From IMG/VR virus record IMGVR_UViG_3300029787_000026: a DNA stretch of 20,000 nucleotides, one strand, 5' to 3'. The notes beneath the pieces are model-generated. The model searched no databases and had not been told where the DNA came from. It saw only the letters and a program-made list of their open reading frames with translations. The translations under genes and the position numbers were made by a program. This document shows positions 1 to 8,440 of this stretch, in pieces; the first letter of the stretch is position 1; each line of letters begins with the position of its first letter. The DNA is from an uncultured virus (IMG/VR IMGVR_UViG_3300029787_000026) (Duplodnaviria > Heunggongvirae > Uroviricota > Caudoviricetes > Crassvirales).

Positions 1-1
1 T

Positions 2-2968
2 GGTAGAAAAATAATGAATGATTATCAGGGTATTATATCATTTAAAAAGTTTTTAAACGTTATAGATAAATTAGGTGGCACAACTAACACGGCTGGTTTG
101 TCTCGTATGGTATTAGATTTAAAAGAGTTAAAAGATTATGTAACTGTTGAGAGTGACTTTAAACAAACACTTTATGATAAGTTGATGCAGCAGAACGCGC
201 AAAAACTAGGTCAATCAGTTAGAAAACTAGAATCACCACAACTACAAGATGCTATGGCTAGGATGGGACTAGAGCCAAGCAAACCAAATGTTGAAATAGC
301 TAAATATGAGTTAGCAAACCCTAAACAAACTAAACAGTCATACGAATCTAATAAAGCTTTAGCTAAAAAGTCAGGCACTTTATCTCAAGTTGATCTTAGT
401 AAATCTGAATTACTAAACAACATGTCTAACAGGGATAAAGCTTTAGCTTTAGCTAGAAGGTTAAAGAAAGAAACTAAGGGTATAAGTGTATACGATTTCG
501 ATGATACACTTGCTAAGTCTAAATCTAACGTGCTTTACACGCTCCCTAATGGTAAGAGAGGTAAACTTAATGCTACGGAGTTTGCTAAACGTTCAGAGGC
601 CTTAGAAGCTCAAGGAGCAAAATTTGATTTTTCTGAGTTTAACAGAGTAATTGACGGGAAACCCGGGCCTCTAGTTCCTAGAATTAAAAAAGCTATAGGA
701 AAATTTGGTAATGAAAATATGTTTGTGTTAACAGCAAGACCTCAAGCGTCAGCTAATGCTATTCATAAGTTTTTAAAAGGAATAGGTATTGACATACCTC
801 TTAAAAATATTACTGGTTTAGAAAACGGTAGCCCAACAGCAAAGTCAAATTGGATATTAGATAAAGCTGCTAAAGGTTATAATGATTTTTATTTTGTAGA
901 TGACGCTGTAAAAAACGTTAAAGCTGTTAAAGCTGTTTTAGATGTTATAGATGTTAAGAGTAAAGTTCAACTAGCTTTACAACAAGTTGATCTAAACAAA
1001 ACGTTTAACGAAATAATACAAAACAAATCAGGCATCGGCGCTGATAAAGTATTTGGTAGAGCAAAAGCTGAGGTTGTAGGTAGAGGTAAAGGTAAGTTTG
1101 ATTACATCGTTTCTCCTGGTGCTGAAGATTTTATGGGATTACTTTATAAAACATTAGGTAAAGGTAAGGTAGGAGAAAAACAACAAGCATTTTATAAAAA
1201 ATACTTAAATGATCCTTTTGCTAAAGCAGAAGAAATGATTTCTAAAGATCAAGTTAAGCTAGCACAAGATATTAAAGCTTTGAAAAAGAGTTTAGGTGTT
1301 GTACCTAAAAACCTTAAAAAGACTAATGATACTGGCTTTACAAATGAAACAGCAGTAAGAGTTAGAATGTGGACTAAAATGGGACTTGAAGTTCCCGGGT
1401 TAAGTAAAGCAGATTTAAAAGATTTAAATAAATTAGTTAAAGATAATCCTAAGCTTGAAGCGTTTGCAGATCAGTTATTATTAGCTACTAAAAACTCTGG
1501 TTGGGCACCACCTAAAGCTGATTGGCTTAGTGGTAACTTAACTTTAGATGCTAGAAATTTATTAAGAGATGTAAAGAGATCTGAATATCTAGAACAATAT
1601 GGTTGGACAGAAAATGTTAATCAAATATTTAGTGAAGCAAATTTAAATAAACTTGAAGCTGCTTTTGGTAAGAGTTATAGAAATGCTTTAGAAGGTACTA
1701 TAGCTAGAATGAAGACTGGTAGAAATAGAAAAGTAAGAAACAATTTAGAAAATAAAGTACTTGACTATATTAATAATTCTGTAGGTGCTATCATGTTCTT
1801 AAACACTAGGTCCGCTGTGTTACAAACAATATCCTCTATTAACTTCGTTAACTGGACAGATAATAATCCCATGGCTGCTGGTAAGGCTTTAGCTAATATG
1901 CCTCAATATTCTAAAGACTTTTTAAAGCTAATGAATTCTGATTATCTTCTTTCTAGACGAAATGGTTTAAAATTAAATATATCAGAATCTGAAATAGCTG
2001 ATGCTGGCGGTGGTAGAGGACTTATTAACTACATGTTAAATAAAGGTTTTGTATTTACAAGATACGCTGATAGTTTTGCTATTGCTAGTGGTGGTGCTAC
2101 GTTTTATAGAAATAGATTAAACACTTATAAGAAAAAAGGTTTATCTGAAAAAGAAGCAGAGGCAAGAGCTTTTAGGGATTTTAGAGAAATAGCTGAGAAC
2201 TCCCAACAGTCAAGTAGAACTGATAAAATTAGTCAACAACAAGCTAGTGATTTAGGTAGGGTTATATTAGCTTTTGCTAACACACCTATGCAGTATATGA
2301 GAATACAAAAGAAAGCTTATTTGGATTTAGTAAACGGTAGGGGTAATTGGAAAACAAATGCTTCTAAAATAGTTTACTATGGATTTATACAAAACCTTAT
2401 GTTCAACGCTATACAAAACGCTATGTTTGGTATTGCGTTTGGTGATGATGAAACAGACGATAAGCTAATGGCTAAGTCTGGTAGAGTTGCTAATGGTATG
2501 GCTGACTCATTATTAAGAGGTATGGGATTATACGGTGCTACAGCATCTATGGTTAAAAACACATTAATGAAAATAAAACAAATACAGGAAAAAGACGGGA
2601 AGAAAGCTTATGATGCAGCGATATTTGAAGTGTTAAACGTATCACCTACAATAGGTTCAAAAGCAAGAAAATTAAGAAGCGCTGCTATATCCGCAGAGTA
2701 TGGAGCGTTTGATGACATGGAGTTTAGTTTAGATAACGAAGCTTATATGGCATTAGCAAATATAATATCTGCAACCACAAATGTACCTATGGACAGAGCT
2801 TTAAGAAAAGCTCAGAATATAGATGGAGCATTGTTTGACGATGTGGAAATGTGGCAAAGAATCTCTATGCTCATGGGTTACCAAGACTGGGAACTTGGTA
2901 TAGGTAGAGATACAACGGGGAATAAAAAGAAGAAAAAATCAGTCCAAAATATAGACGAATGGGAATAA
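2..2968 (+). CDS. C-terminal part (at least 988 aa) of a very large phage protein, probably virion-internal/ejected polyvalent protein, with an embedded HAD-superfamily phosphatase domain
   Basis: The frame is open to the window edge (GGT AGA AAA ATA before the ATG at 14), so the gene is 5'-truncated. HAD motifs: I SVYDFDDTL (about 485-511), II FVLTARP, III conserved K (PTAKSNW), IV FYFVDD. The remainder is helical Ala/Gly/Lys-rich sequence typical of large phage internal proteins. The virion role is inference. Confidence 0.7.
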   Translation, partial: GRKIMNDYQGIISFKKFLNVIDKLGGTTNTAGLSRMVLDLKELKDYVTVESDFKQTLYDKLMQQNAQKLGQSVRKLESPQLQDAMARMGLEPSKPNVEIAKYELANPKQTKQSYESNKALAKKSGTLSQVDLSKSELLNNMSNRDKALALARRLKKETKGISVYDFDDTLAKSKSNVLYTLPNGKRGKLNATEFAKRSEALEAQGAKFDFSEFNRVIDGKPGPLVPRIKKAIGKFGNENMFVLTARPQASANAIHKFLKGIGIDIPLKNITGLENGSPTAKSNWILDKAAKGYNDFYFVDDAVKNVKAVKAVLDVIDVKSKVQLALQQVDLNKTFNEIIQNKSGIGADKVFGRAKAEVVGRGKGKFDYIVSPGAEDFMGLLYKTLGKGKVGEKQQAFYKKYLNDPFAKAEEMISKDQVKLAQDIKALKKSLGVVPKNLKKTNDTGFTNETAVRVRMWTKMGLEVPGLSKADLKDLNKLVKDNPKLEAFADQLLLATKNSGWAPPKADWLSGNLTLDARNLLRDVKRSEYLEQYGWTENVNQIFSEANLNKLEAAFGKSYRNALEGTIARMKTGRNRKVRNNLENKVLDYINNSVGAIMFLNTRSAVLQTISSINFVNWTDNNPMAAGKALANMPQYSKDFLKLMNSDYLLSRRNGLKLNISESEIADAGGGRGLINYMLNKGFVFTRYADSFAIASGGATFYRNRLNTYKKKGLSEKEAEARAFRDFREIAENSQQSSRTDKISQQQASDLGRVILAFANTPMQYMRIQKKAYLDLVNGRGNWKTNASKIVYYGFIQNLMFNAIQNAMFGIAFGDDETDDKLMAKSGRVANGMADSLLRGMGLYGATASMVKNTLMKIKQIQEKDGKKAYDAAIFEVLNVSPTIGSKARKLRSAAISAEYGAFDDMEFSLDNEAYMALANIISATTNVPMDRALRKAQNIDGALFDDVEMWQRISMLMGYQDWELGIGRDTTGNKKKKKSVQNIDEWE

Positions 2969-2979
2969 ATTAACAAGCA

Positions 2980-3141
2980 ATGGATATACAAAATTTAAAA
3001 CTTTACTTAATAAACGGATCAACACTAGGCGTAACCACACTCACAGATATAGAAATGGGACTGAAAGTATTACTACTTATTGTAACTATAGGTTATACTG
3101 TAACTAAATGGGTGCAATTAAAAAATGAAAAAAAGAAATAA
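2980..3141 (+). CDS. small membrane protein, holin-like (53 aa)
   Basis: Hand translation MDIQNLKLYLINGSTLGVTTLTDIEMGLKVLLLIVTIGYTVTKWVQLKNEKKK: hydrophobic segment(s) plus basic C-tail at the end of the late module. Confidence 0.55.
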   Translation: MDIQNLKLYLINGSTLGVTTLTDIEMGLKVLLLIVTIGYTVTKWVQLKNEKKK

Positions 3142-3218
3142 TGAGAAAATTTATTTTCAAGTTTAAGCAAGCTTGGAACAAATTGCTATATAAATCAATG
3201 TTTAAAAACTATAAATAA
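3141..3218 (+). CDS. 25-aa cationic amphipathic peptide
   Basis: MRKFIFKFKQAWNKLLYKSMFKNYK; TAATG stop/start overlap with the upstream ORF. Confidence 0.45.
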   Translation: MRKFIFKFKQAWNKLLYKSMFKNYK

Positions 3219-3225
3219 AATAGAT

Positions 3226-3264
3226 ATGTGTCCGATATGTAATGGCTACTGCGGTCTTTGTTAA
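3226..3264 (+). CDS. 12-aa Cys-rich micropeptide MCPICNGYCGLC
   Basis: ATG..TAA ORF 7 nt after the previous stop, AT-rich leader, CxxC-x3-CxxC pattern. Confidence 0.4.
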   Translation: MCPICNGYCGLC

Positions 3265-3322
3265 GCAGAAGAAATAAAAGGAACAAAAATAAAATGGGCG
3301 TACCATACCCAAAAGTTCCTAT

Positions 3323-3351
3323 AAAGGGAGGCGTTTAGTCTCCCTTTTTTT
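3323..3351. terminator. intrinsic terminator between convergent modules, possibly bidirectional
   Basis: AAAGGGAGGC-GTTTA-GTCTCCCTTT hairpin followed by a T-run on +; short A-run on the left provides a weaker U-tail on -. Confidence 0.8.
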
Positions 3352-3383
3352 ATTGTCATTATAATAACCTAAGGTTATAACTA

Positions 3384-5084
3384 TTAGCCATCACAAGCAA
3401 CACAATCTTCACTAGTTGCTTTGTCAGCTATATCTCCCCTCAATACAGATTCTGTTCTCATATAGTACAACGTCTTAACTCCTTTTTTCCAAGCATCAAA
3501 ATGAACTTTGTTTAACCACTTAGGTGTTGACTGGCTAGGAAAAGCTAAGTTTAAACTAACAGACTGATCTATGTATTGTTGTCTTATACCTGCCTGCCTA
3601 ACTAATTCTAGTTGATTTATTTCTTTAAAAGTTTTAAAAACTTCTTTTGTTTCATCGTCTAATTCTTTTATATCTTGTACTGATCCACCATCGGATAATA
3701 TTTTATCCCACACTGATCTTGTGTTTAATCCTTTTTCGTCCAATATTTTTTCAAGCGTAGGGTTTTTACGTATGAAAGTACCTTTAGCAGATTGCTCCGT
3801 GAAAACATTTGCAGCCCACGGTTCAATACCTGGCGAGATGTTTCCACTAAGTTTGCTGTTGCTAACAGTAGGAGCAATAGCGCGTAAGTGGGTATTACGA
3901 AAACCAGTTCCAGCACACCACAAAGGTTCTCCATATATCTCTGCAAGGTCCATACTAGCTCTTTCACTTTCAATTTTAATTTGTGAAAATATTTTTCTAG
4001 TTTCAAACTGAGCTGGTAAACCTTCAAAAGCAATGCTTTTTTCCTGGAGATAGGTATGCCAACCAAGAACACCAAGCCCGAGGGCGCGACCCTTTTCTGC
4101 GGAACGTACTGAGTTGGCAAAACCAATTTTGCCTTTAGCTTTTTGTATAAACTCCTCAAGCACCCCGTCAAGGAACCATATGCTGTCATAAATAATATTT
4201 GTATTTTTCCATTCATCATATTTAGCTAGGTTTAAAGAAGATAAACAACATACAAAGCTATGTGATTCATCTGTATGTAGAACTATTTCAGAACATATAT
4301 TAGTCATATGTACTTTTAAGCCGTTGTCTTTGTATGCAGCAGGGTTATTTTTGTTTGTGTTACCTTTAAATAAGATATAAGGTTCTCCAGTTGCTTTACG
4401 CTTTTGTAATAATTTACTCCATTTTTTTCTAGCGCCTGTATCTCCCTGTTCAAGCTTCCGCATAAACTTATCGCCAACGACAGCGCATTGGTGCAAATTA
4501 AGAGACTGTCTGTTGACATCTCCCTTTGGCTCTCTAATTTCAAGCCACTCTTCGAAGTCAGCATGCTCAATGTTGATATTAACTGATGCAGCTCCTCGTC
4601 TGACAGATCCTTGATTAGTAGCAAGGATTGTTGAGTCATATATTTTACAAAACGGCACAACGCCATCACTTGTTCCATTACCTGTTATTTTAGCTCCGGC
4701 GGGTCTTATTTGATTTATACCGATGCCTACTCCACCGCCGTGTTTAGCGAGTAACATCATTTCTAAATTTTTAGTACCAATATCATATATACTATCAGCG
4801 ACATCAATACCAAAGCAACTAATAGGTAAACCTCTATCAGTGCCTGTATTAGATAAAACTGGAGATGCTAAACATAACCAACCATTCCAAATGTATTCAT
4901 AAAATATATCACAAAGCTCTGGCCGATTTAATCTTCTTGCTACTGTTTTACAAACACGCATATAAGCGTCGGCAGGTGTTTCATCTTCTAATAAATAACC
5001 TCCAGTAATAGTTTTTTTATATACATCAGTATCTCCCCACGCAGGGTAATCTACATCTTTTATCCAATTGTTATTCCAATTCAT
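3384..5084 (-). CDS. nrdA: class I ribonucleotide reductase alpha subunit, short form without ATP-cone
   Basis: PISCF, GGGVG, TNICSEI active-site motif, AIAPTVS, DQSVSLN, KTLYY and C-terminal CVAC. Confidence 0.95.
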   Translation of the reverse strand: MNWNNNWIKDVDYPAWGDTDVYKKTITGGYLLEDETPADAYMRVCKTVARRLNRPELCDIFYEYIWNGWLCLASPVLSNTGTDRGLPISCFGIDVADSIYDIGTKNLEMMLLAKHGGGVGIGINQIRPAGAKITGNGTSDGVVPFCKIYDSTILATNQGSVRRGAASVNINIEHADFEEWLEIREPKGDVNRQSLNLHQCAVVGDKFMRKLEQGDTGARKKWSKLLQKRKATGEPYILFKGNTNKNNPAAYKDNGLKVHMTNICSEIVLHTDESHSFVCCLSSLNLAKYDEWKNTNIIYDSIWFLDGVLEEFIQKAKGKIGFANSVRSAEKGRALGLGVLGWHTYLQEKSIAFEGLPAQFETRKIFSQIKIESERASMDLAEIYGEPLWCAGTGFRNTHLRAIAPTVSNSKLSGNISPGIEPWAANVFTEQSAKGTFIRKNPTLEKILDEKGLNTRSVWDKILSDGGSVQDIKELDDETKEVFKTFKEINQLELVRQAGIRQQYIDQSVSLNLAFPSQSTPKWLNKVHFDAWKKGVKTLYYMRTESVLRGDIADKATSEDCVACDG

Positions 5085-5353
5085 AAGCTGCTAATTAAAT
5101 GTTTTGTCCAGGCTATTAACCCATTAATGTTTAGTACTACCAAGTTCCATTGTTTACGAGATGCTACCTGAATTAATACACAAACAAATCCTGCTATATA
5201 TAATTTAGGTTCTAATGTCCAGTGAGCCGCAAGTAAACATCCAGCTCCAAAGTAACCTATTCTACTCGATATTTTTTCTACTGGTGTCAGTCTCCTTGTT
5301 CTTACTAGGATCTTTAGTAACTTGTTCTTTAAGTTTTTTAACCGCTTCGTCAT
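5081..5353 (-). CDS. hypothetical membrane protein (about 3 short TM segments); start uncertain
   Basis: Hydrophobic segments; stop overlaps the nrdA start (ATGA); 5' part overlaps the next ORF. Confidence 0.55.
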   Translation of the reverse strand: MTKRLKNLKNKLLKILVRTRRLTPVEKISSRIGYFGAGCLLAAHWTLEPKLYIAGFVCVLIQVASRKQWNLVVLNINGLIAWTKHLISSL

Positions 5354-5492
5354 AGGCAGGCATATTTTTTATTAGCTCTAAAGTACCAACTGCTAGTTCT
5401 TTTATGTGAGCTGTTTCTGTTAAAAGGTGTTGAGCAATATTTGTTAAAGCCTCTACCTTGTTTTTCATTTCTAATAATTTATTTTCTTTCAT
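5262..5492 (-). CDS. hypothetical coiled-coil protein
   Basis: 76-aa ORF in operon orientation between nrdB and nrdA, helical amphipathic pattern. Confidence 0.6.
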   Translation of the reverse strand: MKENKLLEMKNKVEALTNIAQHLLTETAHIKELAVGTLELIKNMPAYDEAVKKLKEQVTKDPSKNKETDTSRKNIE

Positions 5493-5530
5493 ATAAATCT
5501 TTATTTATATCGTCTTCAGTTATGTTTACT

Positions 5531-6529
5531 TTAATCCCACATGTCTTCGAAGTCCTCACCTTCATTAGGCTTTGAGTAATCCGTTGAACGTATTGCAAAG
5601 AAATCAGTATGGGTATGGCCCCCGGTAAGATGATCAAACCAAGAAAGAGCATCCACTCCTTTTTGGTCATAGCTTTTGTCCGCTGTCCAGTCGTGGTTTT
5701 TGTATTTTTTAGTTTTATATCCAAGCTCTGCAAGCTTATCTCCAACCCTTTTTTTAATAAATTGTACCAAGTCATATTTTTTAATTCCTTCTATATCACC
5801 CATCTCAAATATCTTACTAATGTAAGTCATCTCAGCATTGTGCATTGTTAAAGCTGCCTCAAATATATGAGGTTCACATTCCTCTTTTAATCCTGGTATT
5901 TGTGAACACATTTGTCTAAACAGCTGGCAGCCCATTTTACTGTGTAGACTTTCATCTCTTACTGACCACTTCATTTGTTGGCCAATACCTTTTAATAAGT
6001 TTCGTAGTTGAAAACTATATAGCACAGCGAAAGCAGAATACAAACTAACTCCTTCTGCAAAAGCAGAAAATGTAGCTAGTGATTTACCTATACCTACTGG
6101 ATCATTACCCTCATAAGCTACAAGGTTGTCAAACCTAGCGGCTGTAGCTGGCTCATGTAAGAACGCTGAAAAATCTTCAAGCCCTAGTGTTTCATTTAAA
6201 TAACTATAAGCTACCGCGTGTATTGTTTCTTGAGATCCAAACATCATAGCCATTTGCTGTATCTCGTGTTTAGGAAACCATGATACAACTTTTTGTGTCC
6301 AGTAATCAGACACAGCACATTCAGTTTGAGCAAAACCTAGCAGAATATTTCCTACTAAGTTTTTCTCTGCATCAGTTAATTTTTCGTTCCAGTCTTTAAC
6401 ATCACCTGACATAGGTATTTCAGTGTGCAACCAAAACGCTTGAGCTTGTTTTAACCAACCTTCAGTATAATACTCAGGGTACTCAAAAGGTTTATAAGGT
6501 ATTCTTGGGGTAAATATAGGTGCAGCCAT
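5531..6529 (-). CDS. nrdB: class I ribonucleotide reductase beta subunit
   Basis: YKPFEYP, FWLHTE, ferritin-like ligands FAQTE, ETIH..AY, AEGV, RDESLH, and C-terminal TDFF..R..DY. Confidence 0.95.
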   Translation of the reverse strand: MAAPIFTPRIPYKPFEYPEYYTEGWLKQAQAFWLHTEIPMSGDVKDWNEKLTDAEKNLVGNILLGFAQTECAVSDYWTQKVVSWFPKHEIQQMAMMFGSQETIHAVAYSYLNETLGLEDFSAFLHEPATAARFDNLVAYEGNDPVGIGKSLATFSAFAEGVSLYSAFAVLYSFQLRNLLKGIGQQMKWSVRDESLHSKMGCQLFRQMCSQIPGLKEECEPHIFEAALTMHNAEMTYISKIFEMGDIEGIKKYDLVQFIKKRVGDKLAELGYKTKKYKNHDWTADKSYDQKGVDALSWFDHLTGGHTHTDFFAIRSTDYSKPNEGEDFEDMWD

Positions 6530-6530
6530 A

Positions 6531-6695
6531 TTAATTATATATTTCTAATGCTATATCTATAAAAGGTAAATATAACACGTGTGTTACTTGTTTTTCTTCT
6601 TCATAAGTTCTACCACCTAGTAATATACCTGGGTAAAAACCTACTGACAAAGACCAGTTATCTTTAACGTCCTTGTCCTCTATATTTTTTGACAT
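6531..6695 (-). CDS. hypothetical protein (54 aa)
   Basis: Hand translation MSKNIEDKDVKDNWSLSVGFYPGILLGGRTYEEEKQVTHVLYLPFIDIALEIYN; fills the gap and ends 1 nt before the nrdB start. Confidence 0.6.
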   Translation of the reverse strand: MSKNIEDKDVKDNWSLSVGFYPGILLGGRTYEEEKQVTHVLYLPFIDIALEIYN

Positions 6696-6798
6696 AATTT
6701 ATACTTTGTTTACAATTACTATTCTTAGACTTGGCGTGTACTCCAGGTCTTTTCTTTCTTACCTGTTTTTTGTAGGTAAATAAATTTATTTTAGCCAT
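6664..6798 (-). CDS. small highly basic protein ending in KKYRGQGR (44 aa)
   Basis: Hand translation MAKINLFTYKKQVRKKRPGVHAKSKNSNCKQSINYVKKYRGQGR; I recall the YRGQG ending as recurrent in small phage ORFs. Confidence 0.6.
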   Translation of the reverse strand: MAKINLFTYKKQVRKKRPGVHAKSKNSNCKQSINYVKKYRGQGR

Positions 6799-6964
6799 AT
6801 GTTTTTACTCCATATTTGTTTTGTACTTCTACTAATTCTTTATACAATACTTTTCCTCTTATATTAAAACTCCACTTCCACCAAGTGTCGATCTGTCGCT
6901 CAGCATACTTACGTCTTGCTAGCTCTTTCTCGACTCGAGGATTAACCTTATTGTTTCGTCGCAT
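6791..6964 (-). CDS. hypothetical protein (57 aa)
   Basis: Hand translation MRRNNKVNPRVEKELARRKYAERQIDTWWKWSFNIRGKVLYKELVEVQNKYGVKTYG; overlaps both neighbours in operon orientation. Confidence 0.5.
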   Translation of the reverse strand: MRRNNKVNPRVEKELARRKYAERQIDTWWKWSFNIRGKVLYKELVEVQNKYGVKTYG

Positions 6965-7371
6965 TCTTTTTGATTTTGTGGTTTATACAAAGTTAATGGT
7001 GCTATTTTGTTTTCTGTCAATAATTTTTTAAACATCTTCCATCTAAGTGGAAATGATTCGTTTGCTCTACCTTTTGTTTCTATTATAAAGCCTTTGCCAA
7101 CGAAATCAGGTGTGTATTTAATATTGAATATTTTTTTATTACCTCTATTTTTATACTCACCTTTACCGTTACCACATCGTTCATAAGATTCAAAAGGAAA
7201 ATCAAAACCTTCTTGAAGTTCAAATGTTTCGCCCTCGTACAAAGCTTTGATCTTTGCTTTTTTTAAAGCTTGGTACATATATCTTTCAAGGCCTGAAGCA
7301 AATGTTATACCGTCGTATATTATTTTCTTTGATTGTACGGGACCTCTTTTCTTTTTATAAAACTTCTTCAT
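6919..7371 (-). CDS. T7 endonuclease I-like PD-(D/E)XK nuclease / Holliday junction resolvase
   Basis: FASGLE, YTPDF, IIETKG motifs parallel T7 gp3 (FRSGLE, YTPDF, FVETKG). Confidence 0.8.
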   Translation of the reverse strand: MKKFYKKKRGPVQSKKIIYDGITFASGLERYMYQALKKAKIKALYEGETFELQEGFDFPFESYERCGNGKGEYKNRGNKKIFNIKYTPDFVGKGFIIETKGRANESFPLRWKMFKKLLTENKIAPLTLYKPQNQKECDETIRLILESRKS

Positions 7372-7666
7372 CGTTTACTTCTATATCGTAATGCAAACCG
7401 TCGTTTCCGTTTTGACCTATTATATTCATTCTATTTAACATAGCTTCTTCTATTTCATCAGTCAAACATCTTTTCGCAGCTTCGATATATAGTAGTGCAT
7501 CCATTAGTTCTTCTTGAACGTCAACTAAAAATCTATTTAAGTCTTTCTTTTGACCTTCAATCTCTTGCATCATAGTAGCTCCATATTTCTTTTGACCTAT
7601 TAAGCTACGTTCGTCCATCTTCCTTAGTACAGCTTGTACTATCTTATCTTCTGTTTTAATTCTCAT
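7355..7666 (-). CDS. putative all-alpha NTP pyrophosphohydrolase-like protein
   Basis: GQKKYG followed by QEELMDALLY (EExxD acidic helix); nucleotide-metabolism context. Confidence 0.5.
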   Translation of the reverse strand: MRIKTEDKIVQAVLRKMDERSLIGQKKYGATMMQEIEGQKKDLNRFLVDVQEELMDALLYIEAAKRCLTDEIEEAMLNRMNIIGQNGNDGLHYDIEVNDEEVL

Positions 7667-8438
7667 CTTTTACAAATGTTCCATTAATCATTTTACCTTT
7701 GCGTTTACTAATAACTTTATAGGCTTCATCAATACAGTGTTCAATAGTGTAACCCTGTAGATGAGCTAGATTAGTTAATACTACAACCATATCACCAATA
7801 GCATCTATAACTTCTGGCTTATCATCTTCTAGTGTGGCTTTAGCGAGCTCACCCATTTCTTCTTGTAATTTAATTAGCTGTGTTTTAGCGTCTCCTTTTT
7901 CATATAAACCTCTCTCATCAGCCCATTGTCTAATCAACTCAAATCTTTCACAATCTAAATTATTAGCAACGCAAGCTTCTTTATCAGGATTATGTTTTGG
8001 ATTATAAAATGCTTCATAAAAAGCTTTGTTGTATATATAACTTCTGTTTTCATTAAACATTGAAGTTTTAACATTGGTCATAATCCACAGAATAGTTTGT
8101 TTGTTAATTTCAAACTGGCCAAATTCTGTTTGCCAAGTAAGACCTAGGTTATCATTTAATTGTCCTTTTAATTTATTAATTGGACAAGGGAAGGTTGAGG
8201 TCTGTTCTGTTGCGTTTATTTTCATTTTATTAAATAAGTTTTTATATAATTTAAAATCTTTTTTATAGCCATAAGACGATTGAAGTTCTATTTCGCGGTC
8301 TGATATATAATCTATATCATCTGACTGCTCAAGAACCTCATACTCACCCTCCTTATAGCCTTGCATAAGGGTAACCCTGTTATTAAGATTACGTGTTACA
8401 CCTATCTTTTTACCCGGTATGTGATATAAATAATACAT
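7656..8438 (-). CDS. multidomain protein: N-terminal GIY-YIG-like segment, unknown middle domain, C-terminal MazG-like NTP pyrophosphatase
   Basis: C-terminus KLQEEMGELAKA...IDAIGD fits the MazG EExxE..D pattern; N-terminus YYLYH...KIGVTRNLNNR resembles GIY-YIG. Confidence 0.7.
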   Translation of the reverse strand: MYYLYHIPGKKIGVTRNLNNRVTLMQGYKEGEYEVLEQSDDIDYISDREIELQSSYGYKKDFKLYKNLFNKMKINATEQTSTFPCPINKLKGQLNDNLGLTWQTEFGQFEINKQTILWIMTNVKTSMFNENRSYIYNKAFYEAFYNPKHNPDKEACVANNLDCERFELIRQWADERGLYEKGDAKTQLIKLQEEMGELAKATLEDDKPEVIDAIGDMVVVLTNLAHLQGYTIEHCIDEAYKVISKRKGKMINGTFVKDEN

Positions 8439-8440
8439 AA

